64,000 nt of DNA from Octopus bimaculoides (GCF_001194135.2 NC_068983.1:32187944-32251943); one strand, 5' to 3'; numbered from the stretch's first letter, positions 38,090-49,894 are shown. Notes: a model not told the origin generated them from the sequence alone. A program made the numbers and translations.

Positions 38090-38890
38090 AATCACAAATC
38101 CCCACAGGTAGATGGCCCTGCTTGATCTGTAGGAAAGGTGTAAGTAGAAATTCTGCAAGATGTACCTGGTGTAAGCTATGGATACATAAGGGGTGCAGCA
38201 ATATCAGAGGGAGGTTAACTGAGAAACCAGTTTTTGTGTGCAGAGAGTGCACAGGTACAGTTAACACTAAAGATGTACAGAAAATAGACTACATCAAATG
38301 TCAAGTAGGAAAACTAGAAGTAGTTGTTAGCTTCTGCTACCTAGGTGACCAATTCAGTAGTGGGGGTGGATGATCCAAGAGCACAGCTGCTAGAATAAGA
38401 ATAGGTTGGGCAAAGTTTAGAGAGCTACCTCTGTTGGTAACAAAAGACCTCTCCCTCAGGGTGAAAGGCAGATTGTTTGAAGCCTGTGTGCAAACAACCA
38501 TGCTATACAACAGTGAAACATGGGCTGTGACTGCTGAGGACATGTGTAGGCTTGAAAGAAATGAAACCAGTATGCTTCATTAGACATGCAATGTCAGTGT
38601 GCATGTATGACAAAGTGTAAATGTCTTGAGGGAAAAGTTGAACATAAGAGGCATCAGATGTGGTGTGCAAGAGAGATGACTGTGTTGTTTGGTCATATGC
38701 AAATGGATATGGACAGCTGTGTGAAAAAGTGCTGATCTCTACCAGTGGAAGGAAGCTGTAGAAGAGGAAAAAACTCAGGAAAACATGGGACAAGGTGGTG
38801 AAGCATAATCTTTGAATGTTGGGTCTCACCAAGACAATGACTAGTGACCGAAAACTTTGGTGATATGCCATGCTTGAGAAGACCCATCAA
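38090..38890 (+). mobile_element. RTE-clade LINE 3' fragment
   Basis: CTWCKLWIHKGCS, FCYLGDQFSSGGG and RIGWAKFRELPLL motifs. Confidence 0.8.
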
Positions 38891-41814
38891 GCCAAGTGAA
38901 ACCATAATTTTGGCTGTTGTCAGTGTCACATAACTGGCACCTGTGCCAGTGGCATGTAATAAGCACCTTTTGAGTGTTGGGCCTCATGGAAGAAATGTGG
39001 CCAATGCTGGTGTCGCATAACTAGCACCTTTTGAGTGTAGTCTTGGAAACTTGATTCAAAATAAGCCAACATAACATTCACTGGAGTTTTTGAGGTCAAG
39101 TTAGCCAATATGTATGCAAGTTTTCAATAGATCTAACTTCGAATGCCATATTTTTGGTGGACACTGAGAAGGAAGAGAGATTCAAGTGATTAAGGAGATG
39201 ACTGGTACATCTTTTTCCATTAACTCATTTAGAAGACACGGCATATTGTAGTACATCTGAAAGATTGGGACAGGTTTCTGTGGAGACTGGAAAATTTGGC
39301 AAAGACAAGAACTACTTTTTGAACATACTTTGAGGTTGATAGCAGGAATACTGTCTGAGTTTGATGCTTGAATTAAAGGCTAGTGGGCAGCAAATCTAGA
39401 GTAATTTTGGTTCAAGTAGTGAATTAGATAATTTTGAAATGTTGGCTTCATTTATAGGGATCAGAAAGTTCTGCCACAATTTGTGAGGCAGCATAGATTG
39501 TAGAAAAGCAAAATCTGGTGTTAAAAAAATAACTGTTCAAAAGGTAATTGCAGTGTACCAAATATCATGAAGAGATTTTAACTCAGATGTGCATCAAACC
39601 ATTTACCAGTGATTCTGTTTACATCTCATTTTTTCTTTGAGATAATTATCTTATCCTTCCGTATTTTATTCTGTACTCTAAATATCTTATAGCGCTTGCA
39701 GTTTTAACAGAATTTCTTTTACCTTTAGTTTCAACAGTATTGTTTTTATTGTTTAGCCTCTGTAGTTCAGATTTGATCAATGATCAATGGTGTTCCATCT
39801 ATGATGATTTCATTTGTGATCATAAAACTGCTGAACAAGCAACTACAATTTTATATGTCTTCTGCTTTAGATATGTTTGCCTCTGATAATAATATCAACA
39901 GGAGTTTAAGTTCTTGTAGGATCACCCAGGTTAAGAAACTCAATAAAATTGTAAAACATAAAGAGAGAGTCACAATTGTTACATTTAGCAATTAGTATAT
40001 TGAGCCAAGATCAGCTGTTTGGGGCTACAGGCTTATGAGGTCAGAGTTTATCTAGATGTTTAAAGCATAGAGGCTGATAGTTCATGACTATACCTGAATG
40101 GGATGCCAGTTCATCACAGTATTAATCCCAGGTGCCACTGCTACTCACTTTCAGTTGAATGTCAGCAGAGACATGAAATGAAGTGCCTTAACCAATGGTA
40201 CAATGTACCACTTGGAGTATGAAAGAAACTCACAATCTAATGATTGTGAGCCCATCACCCTAACCACTAGATGATGGACCTTCACAGTTCTAGAGTGGGT
40301 AGAGAACAGACCTACTTCACCCCCATGTTTAATAACAAAGTCTTAGAGCAAGTTATAACTCAATCATTGAAATAAAATGAATTTTGTATTAACATTCAGT
40401 ACAAGAATCAACTGTATACAAATGAAGAATGGAAATGCTGACTAATATTTGAAAACTAAGCTTGTTGTGGTGAGCAACACTATGATAACATCAATCAAGT
40501 TGTTTAGTTTTTCTTAATCATTCTACTGTAGGCTAGTACATCACTTCACTTATTTCACTGTATGTAAGTAAGACTAATAGCTTTATTTCACTTGATGTAC
40601 CAAATGTTGGTATTACTGTACAATATGGATCCCAACAATTTACGTTCATTATTGAATATTTTAAATCTTTAAATATACTTTGATGTGTTAGTTGTCTATT
40701 TCTACCAATACTAATAAATGTGAATTTCTGTGTGTTCACATGGTTTCCTGGTTTATACACTTAGCCCCTGAGATGTATCTCAATGAACAGCACATATTTG
40801 GAATCAGAGTAACTCTAGGAGTTTTTTGCCTATTTTACTTTGGTGCATCCACCTGTGATACAAATTTGTACCACCTTACAACACCTTAGTTCTTACAACC
40901 ATCAAAATGTGAACTATGTAGAGTAACAATGGAAGTAGAGGTAAAGAGAACAAAGAAGCTGAATATTCTTTGGAGAAATGTTTAACCTATCAAGAAAATT
41001 GATGACAAGCAGTAAGAGCAATTAACATCTTTGGAACTCCTTTAACTTTTATAAATGCTTATGCAGTAAAGCACTCTTCATGTTGGTTTAGGATGAAATG
41101 CCTCTGAGTAACAATGTTATTGATCAAATCTTTTCCATAGATGAAACACATAGAACATGAAGTAATAGTCAGTTTCTTCATATTGAATCCATTCTCCAAG
41201 AAGAAAAACTTTTATATGATGAGCCAACATAATTTTGTTTTCAAATGGTGTTTAAAAGTCAAATTAGAATTTGTGAAACGATGTTATAAAAATTGTGCTT
41301 ATCAATATCAAGATAGAAAGCTGGCAAGAAAAGATTGGAAGTGAGGAGAAGTGATATCTCGAAAAAAGTCAAAAGCCAGAATTGCAAATATTTGTGGATC
41401 CCTGTGAAACAGTGAGAAAAGATCCAATAAAGTTTTGACATGATTGGGTGTAGTTTTAGACTAGACAAATCACGAAAAATTTGCAGGACCAGAAGATCAG
41501 GTCGAGTTTTGACAAGACAAATTTCCACACAATAAATTTCATATGGAAATAAAAATAAATGTTGATGAGATCTCATGTTTTCTTTTTTTGTTATAGGTTC
41601 TTCAGGTTTACAATTTTACTTTAAGCCAAAGGCCTGACAGCCTTTTGCAGAGTCAGCCAAAAAGTTCACCTGGAGGGTGGGTTTTTTGGGCTAATAGTGA
41701 TAGATATAACTGAAATAATGCAACTTCTAGACAACTTTAATAATGTATGACATTTTCTTTACAATAGATAACTTTTGTATCACCATTGTCCCTGATGTGA
41801 TGTGTGTCAACAAG

Positions 41815-41977
41815 CAGGGCCGGCTCAAGGTATCGGCAACTCAGGCAGTCACCTTGGGTGTTATGTGCTAGGGGGCACCAAGGGGGGTGTAACAAACAAA
41901 GAAATTTCCATGATCATCAGCTTGTACATGCCAAAGTTCAGCTTGCTTGGGTGCCAGCAACCCTAGGGCCAGCCCTA
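41815..41977. mobile_element. hAT-type MITE
   Basis: Termini cagggccggc / gccagcccta; flanks tcaacaag / tcaacaaa (8-bp TSD, 7/8). Confidence 0.65.
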
Positions 41978-44880
41978 TCAACAAAAAATGACAGAAGAAA
42001 TGGCAGACTGAACAAATGATGAAGTCATACATTGTTGCATGGCTTTAAAAAATTGTTGTTATATTCAGCCCTAGTTCAACTTTGATCCTTCAGTAATGAA
42101 GACCTACATTATCTAATTCAATGGTACTCTTATTTTTGTAATGTTTGTTGCCATCATTTAGTGGTTAATCATTTTCATATATCTGATACAATGGCTGAAA
42201 TATATGAAATGTTGGTGGTCAGATAGAAGCACAGCTCTTCATTTATTTATTGATTTATTTTAATTTCTGGTTTGCTCTGATTGATAAGACTGTGTCCATG
42301 ATCATCACAGAGTCTTAGAGATTGGTAAGGTTAATATTTCTCTGTGAGTTAATGGCTGCAGGGAAAAGATGAGCTGAGAAGAAAGGATTGGGTGTAGTGG
42401 TTAATGTTAAATCTGGGGGTGGAGGTGGCAGGGACACAATACAGGAGATGAAAGGAGGAAAGACAAGTTAATAGTGCTGAAATGAATGCGGTACAAGACG
42501 CCAAGCACAAAAGAATAAAGGTCACTGTCGTCGTCATCATCATTTTATATCTGCTTTCCATGCCAGCATGTGTTGGTTGGTTTGACAAGATTCAATGGAT
42601 TAGAGGACTATGTCTTGCCCTAGTGTTCCAGTTTTGGCATGATTTGTATGGCTAGACACCCTTCTTAACACCAATCACTTTACAGAGTTTACTTGACTTT
42701 TTTTTTTTGTGGTGCCAGCAGTTAATGAGGTTACCTTGTAACTCAAGACTGAAGTGCTCTAATGACTGAGATGAAGGAAAAGAGATAAAGTGGATCTTAA
42801 GCAAGGTATTGAGAGATTAAAGTATGATGGGGAAGCAAGAACAGGTTTAATGTCTGTGGAGAAGATTCATGGCTACCTTGTATTTTACATAGGCGGATGA
42901 GAGAGGCTTAAGTGTCAATCAGACAAGTCCAAGAGATGTAGTATAGAAGACAGTTGAAGGCAGAAAAATCAAGTTAAGTGGTGAGTAAGGTTGTAAGAGT
43001 ATAAGAGGAGTTTCAGCTAATATAAACATGGGAAAAAGTAGGTCAGATATATATGAGATGAATGTAATGAATGGTGAACAGAGGTGGGTACATAAAGACA
43101 ACGAATGAATAGCAGCTGGCAGAGAATAGGGAGCAGTGACTAGCAATGCAGAAATTGTGATATGAGATGGTATATAGTAACAGGTTCTGCTTTCATTTTT
43201 TACAGTAGCAGAATAACATAGTAGAGAGGAGAGTGATGGAGGGATGGATGATAAGATGATGAGGGTGGGATTAGATATTGCAAAATAGAAAGAATATGAG
43301 GTGAATACTAACAAGAGTGGGGGAACTGATGGTAAGAATGAAGTGTAGGCATGTATAAGAAGTGATGGGGTTAGAGGCTGCAAGTTAGTGGATGTCAACT
43401 AGAGGAAGTTGTTGAAACACAGTGGACAACACTTCTGTGGACTATAAGCTGAAATGTGTTGGCGAGTGATTTTAATACCAATCAGTCAGGTATGTTTTTT
43501 GTGGAGTGGTGGGATGTACTGCATTGGGGATTCACCCAAGCTTTGTAATGGATTTGTAATTGTTAGTAGATGAATACTTTAGGAGAGATCTTCAGTGATT
43601 ATGAGACTCATTAATTTGTAATGACCTTGAGGGTTCTAGTTGTGAGCTGTTCGTGTTTAGGAGAGATTGATACAATATTGTGAAATGGAGTATGAGGTGT
43701 CAACATTGCATATAAAAGCTCGAGTAATTATAGAGGAATGGAAAATGGTATAATTTACATTGGAGTGGTATTTGTTGGTGATGATGGCAAACAGGTTGTT
43801 GATGTACAAATGTAAGAGTATCGAAGTGAAGTCGAATTGTAGGGCAAACCAGTGATATTTTTGCTGCTTTTTAATAAACATATATATATATATATATATA
43901 TATATTCATTAATGTAACTTAAATAACTCATAGGTTTCGGCCAGTATAGGCCCAGGCCATATCTAACTTAATAGCACCACCAGGTGGTGCTATTATATAT
44001 TTACAGGTATGTGTATGTCTGTTTGTCCCTCACCAACGCTTGACAATAGGTGTTGGTGTGTTTAAGTCCCATAACTTAGCGGTTCAGCAAAATAGTACGA
44101 TAAAATAAGTACTAGGCTTAAAATAGAAGTTCTGGGGACGATTTATTCGACTAAAACCCTTCAAGGCGGTGTCCCAGTATGATCGCAATTTAATGATTGA
44201 AACAAAAGAGAAAAGAGAATTAGGCGGATTTCTACTTAACGCATGGGATATAATCCCCTCGTAATTTTTTTTTATTTTATGGAATTTTTAGGAAATTTTT
44301 GCGAATTTGTATTCCACACACGGAAATTCATATGATTATGCAAAAGCCAAAATAAAAAAAAAATTGCCGCGTCATTTAAGGGCTATTTAGCTGTTATTTT
44401 TAGCACATCTCATGACCACCATACTCTCGTTTGTTTGTCAGTCTGACGTATTCATGTTTTTCGATATATTTCTTCCCATAAACACATTTAATGGTCTGTT
44501 CTTGGGATTTAAGCTATAAAGTCGTATTTTGGACTGTGATTTAAAAAACAAAAATTCGAAAAATTTTCTAAGATAAAAATTTTTCTCCATAGTTTTGTGA
44601 ATTCCCGTGTATAAAATACAAATTCGCAAAGAATTTTATGAAAATTCCAAATAACAAAAGTTGAAATCCAACAAAGTGCGGTTTGGGCACATTGTATAAT
44701 TTCCGACACATTAGTAATTAACTTTAACAAGACATTAATGTCTCAAATAAAATGACTTTATTATCTTGAATATAGTACTTACAAACGATTTAATTAATAT
44801 ATTACCTATTTCCCAAGATGGGAGTTAGCTCCCCTTATTTTCAGTATTTTGTCGGTAGATGGCAGTATAACCCAAGACTA

Positions 44881-44957
44881 TATAAAACGTGCCCCGTCCG
44901 TAATCCACCTCTTAGTTGCCATACTGTTTTAACAGGCGGCATATTGTACATTCTCAG
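44881..44957 (+). promoter_or_regulatory. RPLP0: TATA box + pyrimidine (TCT/TOP-like) start and non-coding first exon of the RPLP0 locus
   Basis: TATAAAA at 44881, cctCTTAG about 30 nt downstream, and donor cag|GTGAG at 44958. This is typical ribosomal-protein promoter architecture. Confidence 0.55.
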
Positions 44958-45270
44958 GTGAGAGCATTTTTTAAATTTAAGTCCATTCGATCTTTTTTTC
45001 TGTTAAAGAAGTACAACTTGTATTCATCATTTGCTTTTAACTGCAAAATTGTCGATGATTTAATCATGGGTTAGCGGATGATATTAGATTATGATTACAC
45101 GAGGGCAGCCTAGTTGGTATGAATGGATATAAGCATGGGATGCTTCTACTTAACGAAAGTTCTCCAAATTTTTAGTACTTTATAAATCTTTCCAAATTGT
45201 CTATATATATTATATCTAGGACAATTTTCTCTCTCTCTCTCTTTATATATATATATATATATATATATAG

Positions 45271-45302
<32 letters not shown>

Positions 45303-45376
45303 CATCTTTCTCTCTCTATGTATATATATATATATATATATATATCTTTTAGACTTAGTCTGTTGGCTAAAATGGC

Positions 45377-45613
45377 TACGACGTGATTTACAAGATCATT
45401 GCTGAAATAGTCTTGTAAAGTGGCAAACGGGAGCTGACTTTACTGTACTCTTCGGAGTATAGTTTTTTTGTGCAGTGAAATCCCATTCCACCATGTCGAA
45501 CATAAATACTTGTCCCCTGGTTTGCCAGCTGAGGACTTGAACAGGGTATATTCCATAACTTCTCGTAGTCTCTTTGACTATTACCGGGGAGTGAGACCAT
45601 ACTCGGTACAGTT
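45377..45613 (+). ncRNA. SNORA73: U17/SNORA73 (snR30) H/ACA processing snoRNA, copy 1
   Basis: 5' ACGTG...AAGTGGC as in vertebrate U17, H box ACATAA, m1 ATATTCC (45548), m2 AGACCAT (45594), ACA at 45608 plus 3 nt. The 3' hairpin parallels U17 (ATATTCC...AGTC...GAC...GGGGAG...ACCAT). Confidence 0.85.
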
Positions 45614-46862
45614 CCATCTATAAATACTACTTTCTTGGGTAGAAAGCCTACAGGATTCTCTGGGATATTTATTTTTTCATCAAGACTTGTTTGTTAATAG
45701 TTCATTTCTTCTGCTGTTATTGTAATTTGATAAATTGGATCGTTCCTCTAAGAACTAAGTAAAGAAAATATTTTTTTAAAAATCGAATATAAAGATTAAT
45801 ATATTCTCGATAAAGTAGATTAAAATTCAACAATGACTAGGTAAAAGTGTGATGGATTCCGGGCCACGTGCGTTATGGCGGGTGGCTGCTTACGTGGGTT
45901 ATTTCGTCGGAAATTGTTTTTCAAACCGTATGCTATTTATTTTAAGGCTAATTATAGTGTATACTCTAGGTATGTAGAGAAAGTGTATTTGTACACTTAA
46001 TTAATTTTTCTAGAAATTCTATTTAAGCCATGTGAATGAACTCTTTAAGAGCAGCTAAATATATTCCTCCCCCCAATCATGAACCATTCACTTGTATTAA
46101 GCATGGACAATAAAACGCATATAGTATATGTATCTATTCATTCTTGCCGGTATCATGTATATATTTACGCTTCGATATTAAAATTGCAAAGTGCAACCGA
46201 GACACCTGATTGTGCGGGTTAAATTTTGAATGGACAGGGATAACGTAGCTCTTCCCGATCGAGTAATTTGAATTCGCAAGAAGCCTCACTTAGTCAACGA
46301 TTTTCTACGCTTCTCTTAATCTCCTTGAAGCTGTACATTTCTAAATTCGAGTCGTGATGGAGTGGAACAAAAAGGTGAGTGTTTTAAGATGCAAATAGCA
46401 GCTATTCGAACAACTGCATTGTACTGTTGATGGCACTTCTTGAGAGTTTAGTTAATTTAAATGGCCTCAATCTTTTGGCGGGTTTTCAGAATATCCCTTC
46501 ATACACGAGGTGAAATTTCTCGATGCAAAAGCTTGAAAAAAATTCCATTTTAAGTGGAACAGCTATCTTAATAGTTAAATTGTTTTTTTCCGGATATCAA
46601 TTTTCGGTAAGTATAGTGTAATTTTTTATGCCTTCAGAAGGTGTATAGCTGATCATTTACCAAAGAAAAGAAACAGCATTGTAAGAAGTTTTAGGTTTTA
46701 GTATAGTTTTGGAGCTACGAAACTGCATTAGGCCAAAAGTATATTAAACGCAACTTCTTTTTCCGTTTAAGGTTTTTTTTTTTCTAACTACAATAATGGT
46801 TTAAAAAATTTCTTTTCAGATTTATCTTTAAATTGCTGTGGTGCAGTCCCTGATCCACCGAG

Positions 46863-49800
46863 ATGGTCAAGGAAGATAAATCAACCTGGAAAGCCAACTA
46901 TTTCATCAAGATCATTGTAAGTATAATTGTTTAATGTAAGCGTTTAACTTTACCGACGTGATTTATAGGATCATTGCTAAAATATCTTGTAAGTGGCAAA
47001 CGGGAGCTGACTTTACGTGCAGTGAAATCCCATTCCACCATGTCGGAAATAAATCTTGTCCCCTGGCTGCTTAAGTCGGGTGAGGACTTGAACAAAGTAT
47101 ATTCCATAACTTCTCATAGTCTCTTTGACTATTACTGGGGAGTGAGACCATACTCGGTACAGTTTTATCAAGTCTTGTCGGTTTATGACTATAGATGATC
47201 AGTATTTTAAAGTCTTCATTTTCTTTCAGCAATTGCTTAATGAATATCCAAAATGCTTCATCGTCAATGCAGACAATGTTGGCTCCAGGCAGATGCAGAC
47301 CATCCGTATGTCACTCAGGGGCTATGCAGGTGAGAAAATTTTAAATAGCTTCATTTTGTTTTTTGTTCGAGTCTCAATCACGTTTTCGGTTCAATTTCAT
47401 GTGTCCTATGACGTGGCGTGATAGTTCGTGTCACAAATAAAAATAGTGTTGTTCGTTTCCAATCTTTCATTGAAACCCATCTTGTTGGTCACTGAGAAAT
47501 ATTTTTGGAAACTAGTGTGGCTTGGTGACGGGAAGAATGTTAATAATTCTCAACGAATTTCATTTAATCTAAAAGGAAAAATGAACATTAAATTGGATAT
47601 AAATTTTGAGGTGTGATGATGAAGTAACTGCTATTAAGCGTTCGGCTCTTTGGCACTAGTTACCGAAAGGTTGAACCCACTAGTGTTTGCTGGACGCTAT
47701 GACAAAATGTAGCCAAGTATGGCTGTCTGAACACCCCTGAATACTAAGTATTTCAGCATGCTGTTGATATTACTGTACTGACTAATTTTCTTTTAATCAC
47801 ATTCAGTTGTCCTCATGGGTAAAAACACAATGATGAGAAAGGCCATAAGAGGTCATTTGGAGCACAATGCAGCCCTTGAAAGGTAAGTTCTAAATCTTTT
47901 CCACTGAAATGAGGTATGTATATTGCCAGTTTAGATTCAAATGTTGCTTGGGTTATTCTTGATCAGAAGCAATCTTGGACTGGTATAGTAATCGGTCACT
48001 TTTTGCCTTGTAGTATCTTTCATACTGGACACTACAACTTCCCCATAAGTGATACAATTCTTCTTTTTTTTAATTTTTTTTTCCCCTTTTGTTATATAGG
48101 GACGTGTAATTAAACAATGGTATCTCTGATCACAGAAAATAAATATTTATGCAACTATTGAAAAATATAACATTTAGTGAAGTGTTTTAAATGCAGATGC
48201 TGGCTTCACTCGTTTTTTTTTCTATTATAGCATTGGACCAGTCAAAGCTTTCAGACTGGAGAAGCTAGCCATGGTGTTTCATGCCTGTAAATGTCACTTA
48301 TGCATGCAGTGTCCATTCCCAATCTCTTGTGAAAATTCATCTTAGCTATGGGGAAATAACTGAAGACTGGTGACAGGCAGGGTGGCTGTAGAAAATCCAC
48401 GTGTAATTTTGTTCTACCCATTCCTCAATGGGAAAGTGGATGACTGTCAATCTTGCTCACCCCCCACACCTAACAACCAATAAAAAAAAAAGCTGGATAT
48501 AAGTACTGAGGTCAATTTTGTTTGACTAAGCCCTGTGTTGCCCTAGCATGGCTGCAGTTCTAAGATGAGTCTTTAAGAGGGTGATGTGTATAGTAATATA
48601 AAATGAGCACCTATACAAGATTTGCTTGATAATAGTGTTTAGTAATTGCCTTAATATTTAGGTTATTAAACAAAAACTTGTCTGTTGTAGGTTGCTACCA
48701 CACATTAAGAACAATGTTGGTTTTGTGTTCACTAAGAATGACTTGGCTGATATCAGGGATAGATTGCTGAATAACAAGGTTAGTTGATTTTCATTCCATC
48801 TACATATGGAGCTTTAATTTTGATTTTTTTTTTCTCCCCTCGCTACTGACAAATTGATATTTATTTATAGGTGAAAGCTCCTGCTCGTGCTGGTGCTGTT
48901 GCTCCTTGTGATGTGTTGATACCTGCTCAAAATACAGCTCTTGGTCCTGAAAAGACTTCTTTCTTCCAAGCTTTGTCTATCCCAACAAAAATCTCCAGGG
49001 GTACTATTGAAATCTTGAATGATGTCCGTTTGATAAAGGAAGCTGATAAAGTTGGTGCTTCCGAGGCTACATTGCTGAACATGTTGAACATCTCACCATT
49101 TTCATATGGTTTGGTCATTGAGCAAGGTAGGTTGGGCATTATTTTATTTTGCAGCCCTCAAGAATGATGAAAAAAAAGAATGACTTTCGCTCTACTGAAA
49201 GCTATGTAGATTCTTGTCCACTGACTTAAGGGCTATATTTATTTATTAGTGTCCTGTCTGGTTTATATTTAATTGTTATATTTAATGTTTTTAAAATTTT
49301 CTATACTAGTGTATGACTCTGGAACTGTTTTTGCACCTGGTGTATTGGACATTACTGATGATGATATCCGTAAGAAGTTCATGTCTGTAAGTACTTTTCT
49401 CATTTATAAACTCCTTGCAGAATGTTCAAATCTGCCTTCATCATGATATTCAAGTAATATATTTTCTTTGCAGGGTGTGACAAATGTTGCCAGCTTGTCT
49501 CTGGCTATTGGGTATCCAACTTTGGCTTCTATACCACATCTTCTTGTCAATGGCTTCAAAAATCTGGTTGCTATATCTTTGGAAACAGATATTGAATTTG
49601 AAGAAGCAAAAGAGGTATATTACATTTGAGTTTTTATATTTTTTTTTCACTTGGTAAATCTGTCAATATTACATGTTTTTATTGGATGATAATATGAAAA
49701 TGATTTGTATTTTCAGATCAAAGAGTTGTTATCAGATCCTGAAAAGATGGCAGCTGCTCTGGCAGCAAGTGCTGCTACTACTGCTGCTGCAGCTCCATCT

Positions 49801-49887
49801 ACCCCTGCAGCAGAAGAAAAGAAGGAAGAAAAAGTGGAGTCTGAAGAAGAGTCTGACGAGGATATGGGTCTTGGCTTGTTTGATTAA
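46863..49887 (+). CDS. RPLP0: 60S acidic ribosomal protein P0 (uL10), 320 aa, 8 coding exons
   Basis: Exons 46863-46916, 47230-47329, 47807-47882, 48691-48778, 48871-49126, 49310-49386, 49474-49614 and 49717-49887; all GT-AG and phase-consistent (963 nt). Reads [28 protein letters not shown]...RGTIEI...[24 protein letters not shown]. Confidence 0.98.
46952..47164 (+). ncRNA. SNORA73: U17/SNORA73 (snR30) H/ACA processing snoRNA, copy 2
   Basis: Paralog of 45377-45613. H box AAATAA, m1 ATATTCC (47099), m2 AGACCAT, ACA at 47159; ends 65 nt upstream of the 3' splice site. Confidence 0.88.
47610..47735 (+). ncRNA. SNORD22: U22/SNORD22 C/D processing snoRNA
   Basis: Terminal stem ggtgt/acacc, C box ATGATGA (47616), D box CTGA (47727), 126 nt. 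Internal AAAGGTTGAACCCACTAG matches vertebrate U22 AAAGGTGAACCCACTGG inside a long stem, and a short hairpin precedes TGTCTGA as in U22. Confidence 0.82.
47924..48059 (+). ncRNA. Canonical two-hairpin H/ACA snoRNA
   Basis: Hairpin 1 tgccagttta/tggactggta, H box ATAGTA (47985), hairpin 2 tcactt/aagtga and ttgtagt/actacaa, ACA (48054) plus 3 nt. Pocket strands tttgcc and cttccc are complementary to LSU GGGAAG-UC-GGCAA. Confidence 0.78.
49153..49234 (+). ncRNA. C/D snoRNA, SNORD59/snR54-like
   Basis: Stem agccctcaag/cttaagggct, C box ATGATGA (49164), D' CTGA (49195), D CTGA (49221). Guide ATGACTTTCGCTCT compares with human SNORD59 ATGACTTTCGTTCT; about 80 nt upstream of the 3' splice site. Confidence 0.8.
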
Positions 49888-49894
49888 AGATGAA

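Noticed and set aside
39641-39875. ATG-less 79-codon hydrophobic open frame (…DLINDQWCSIYDDFICDHK…)
   Set aside because: T-rich DNA gives such translations by chance; no good donor and no recognisable homology.
41340-41580. Possible degenerate transposase peptide (ELQIFVDPCETVRKDP)
   Set aside because: Short, interrupted by stops and not assignable to a family.
47413-47500. Possible second C/D snoRNA in the U22 intron (GTGATAG ... CTGA)
   Set aside because: Non-canonical C box, weak terminal stem and no convincing rRNA or snRNA complement.
48871-49167. ORF-track start and C-terminal extension ([13 protein letters not shown]) of the RPLP0 exon
   Set aside because: The start is an exon boundary and the extension is read-through into the intron after the donor at 49127.
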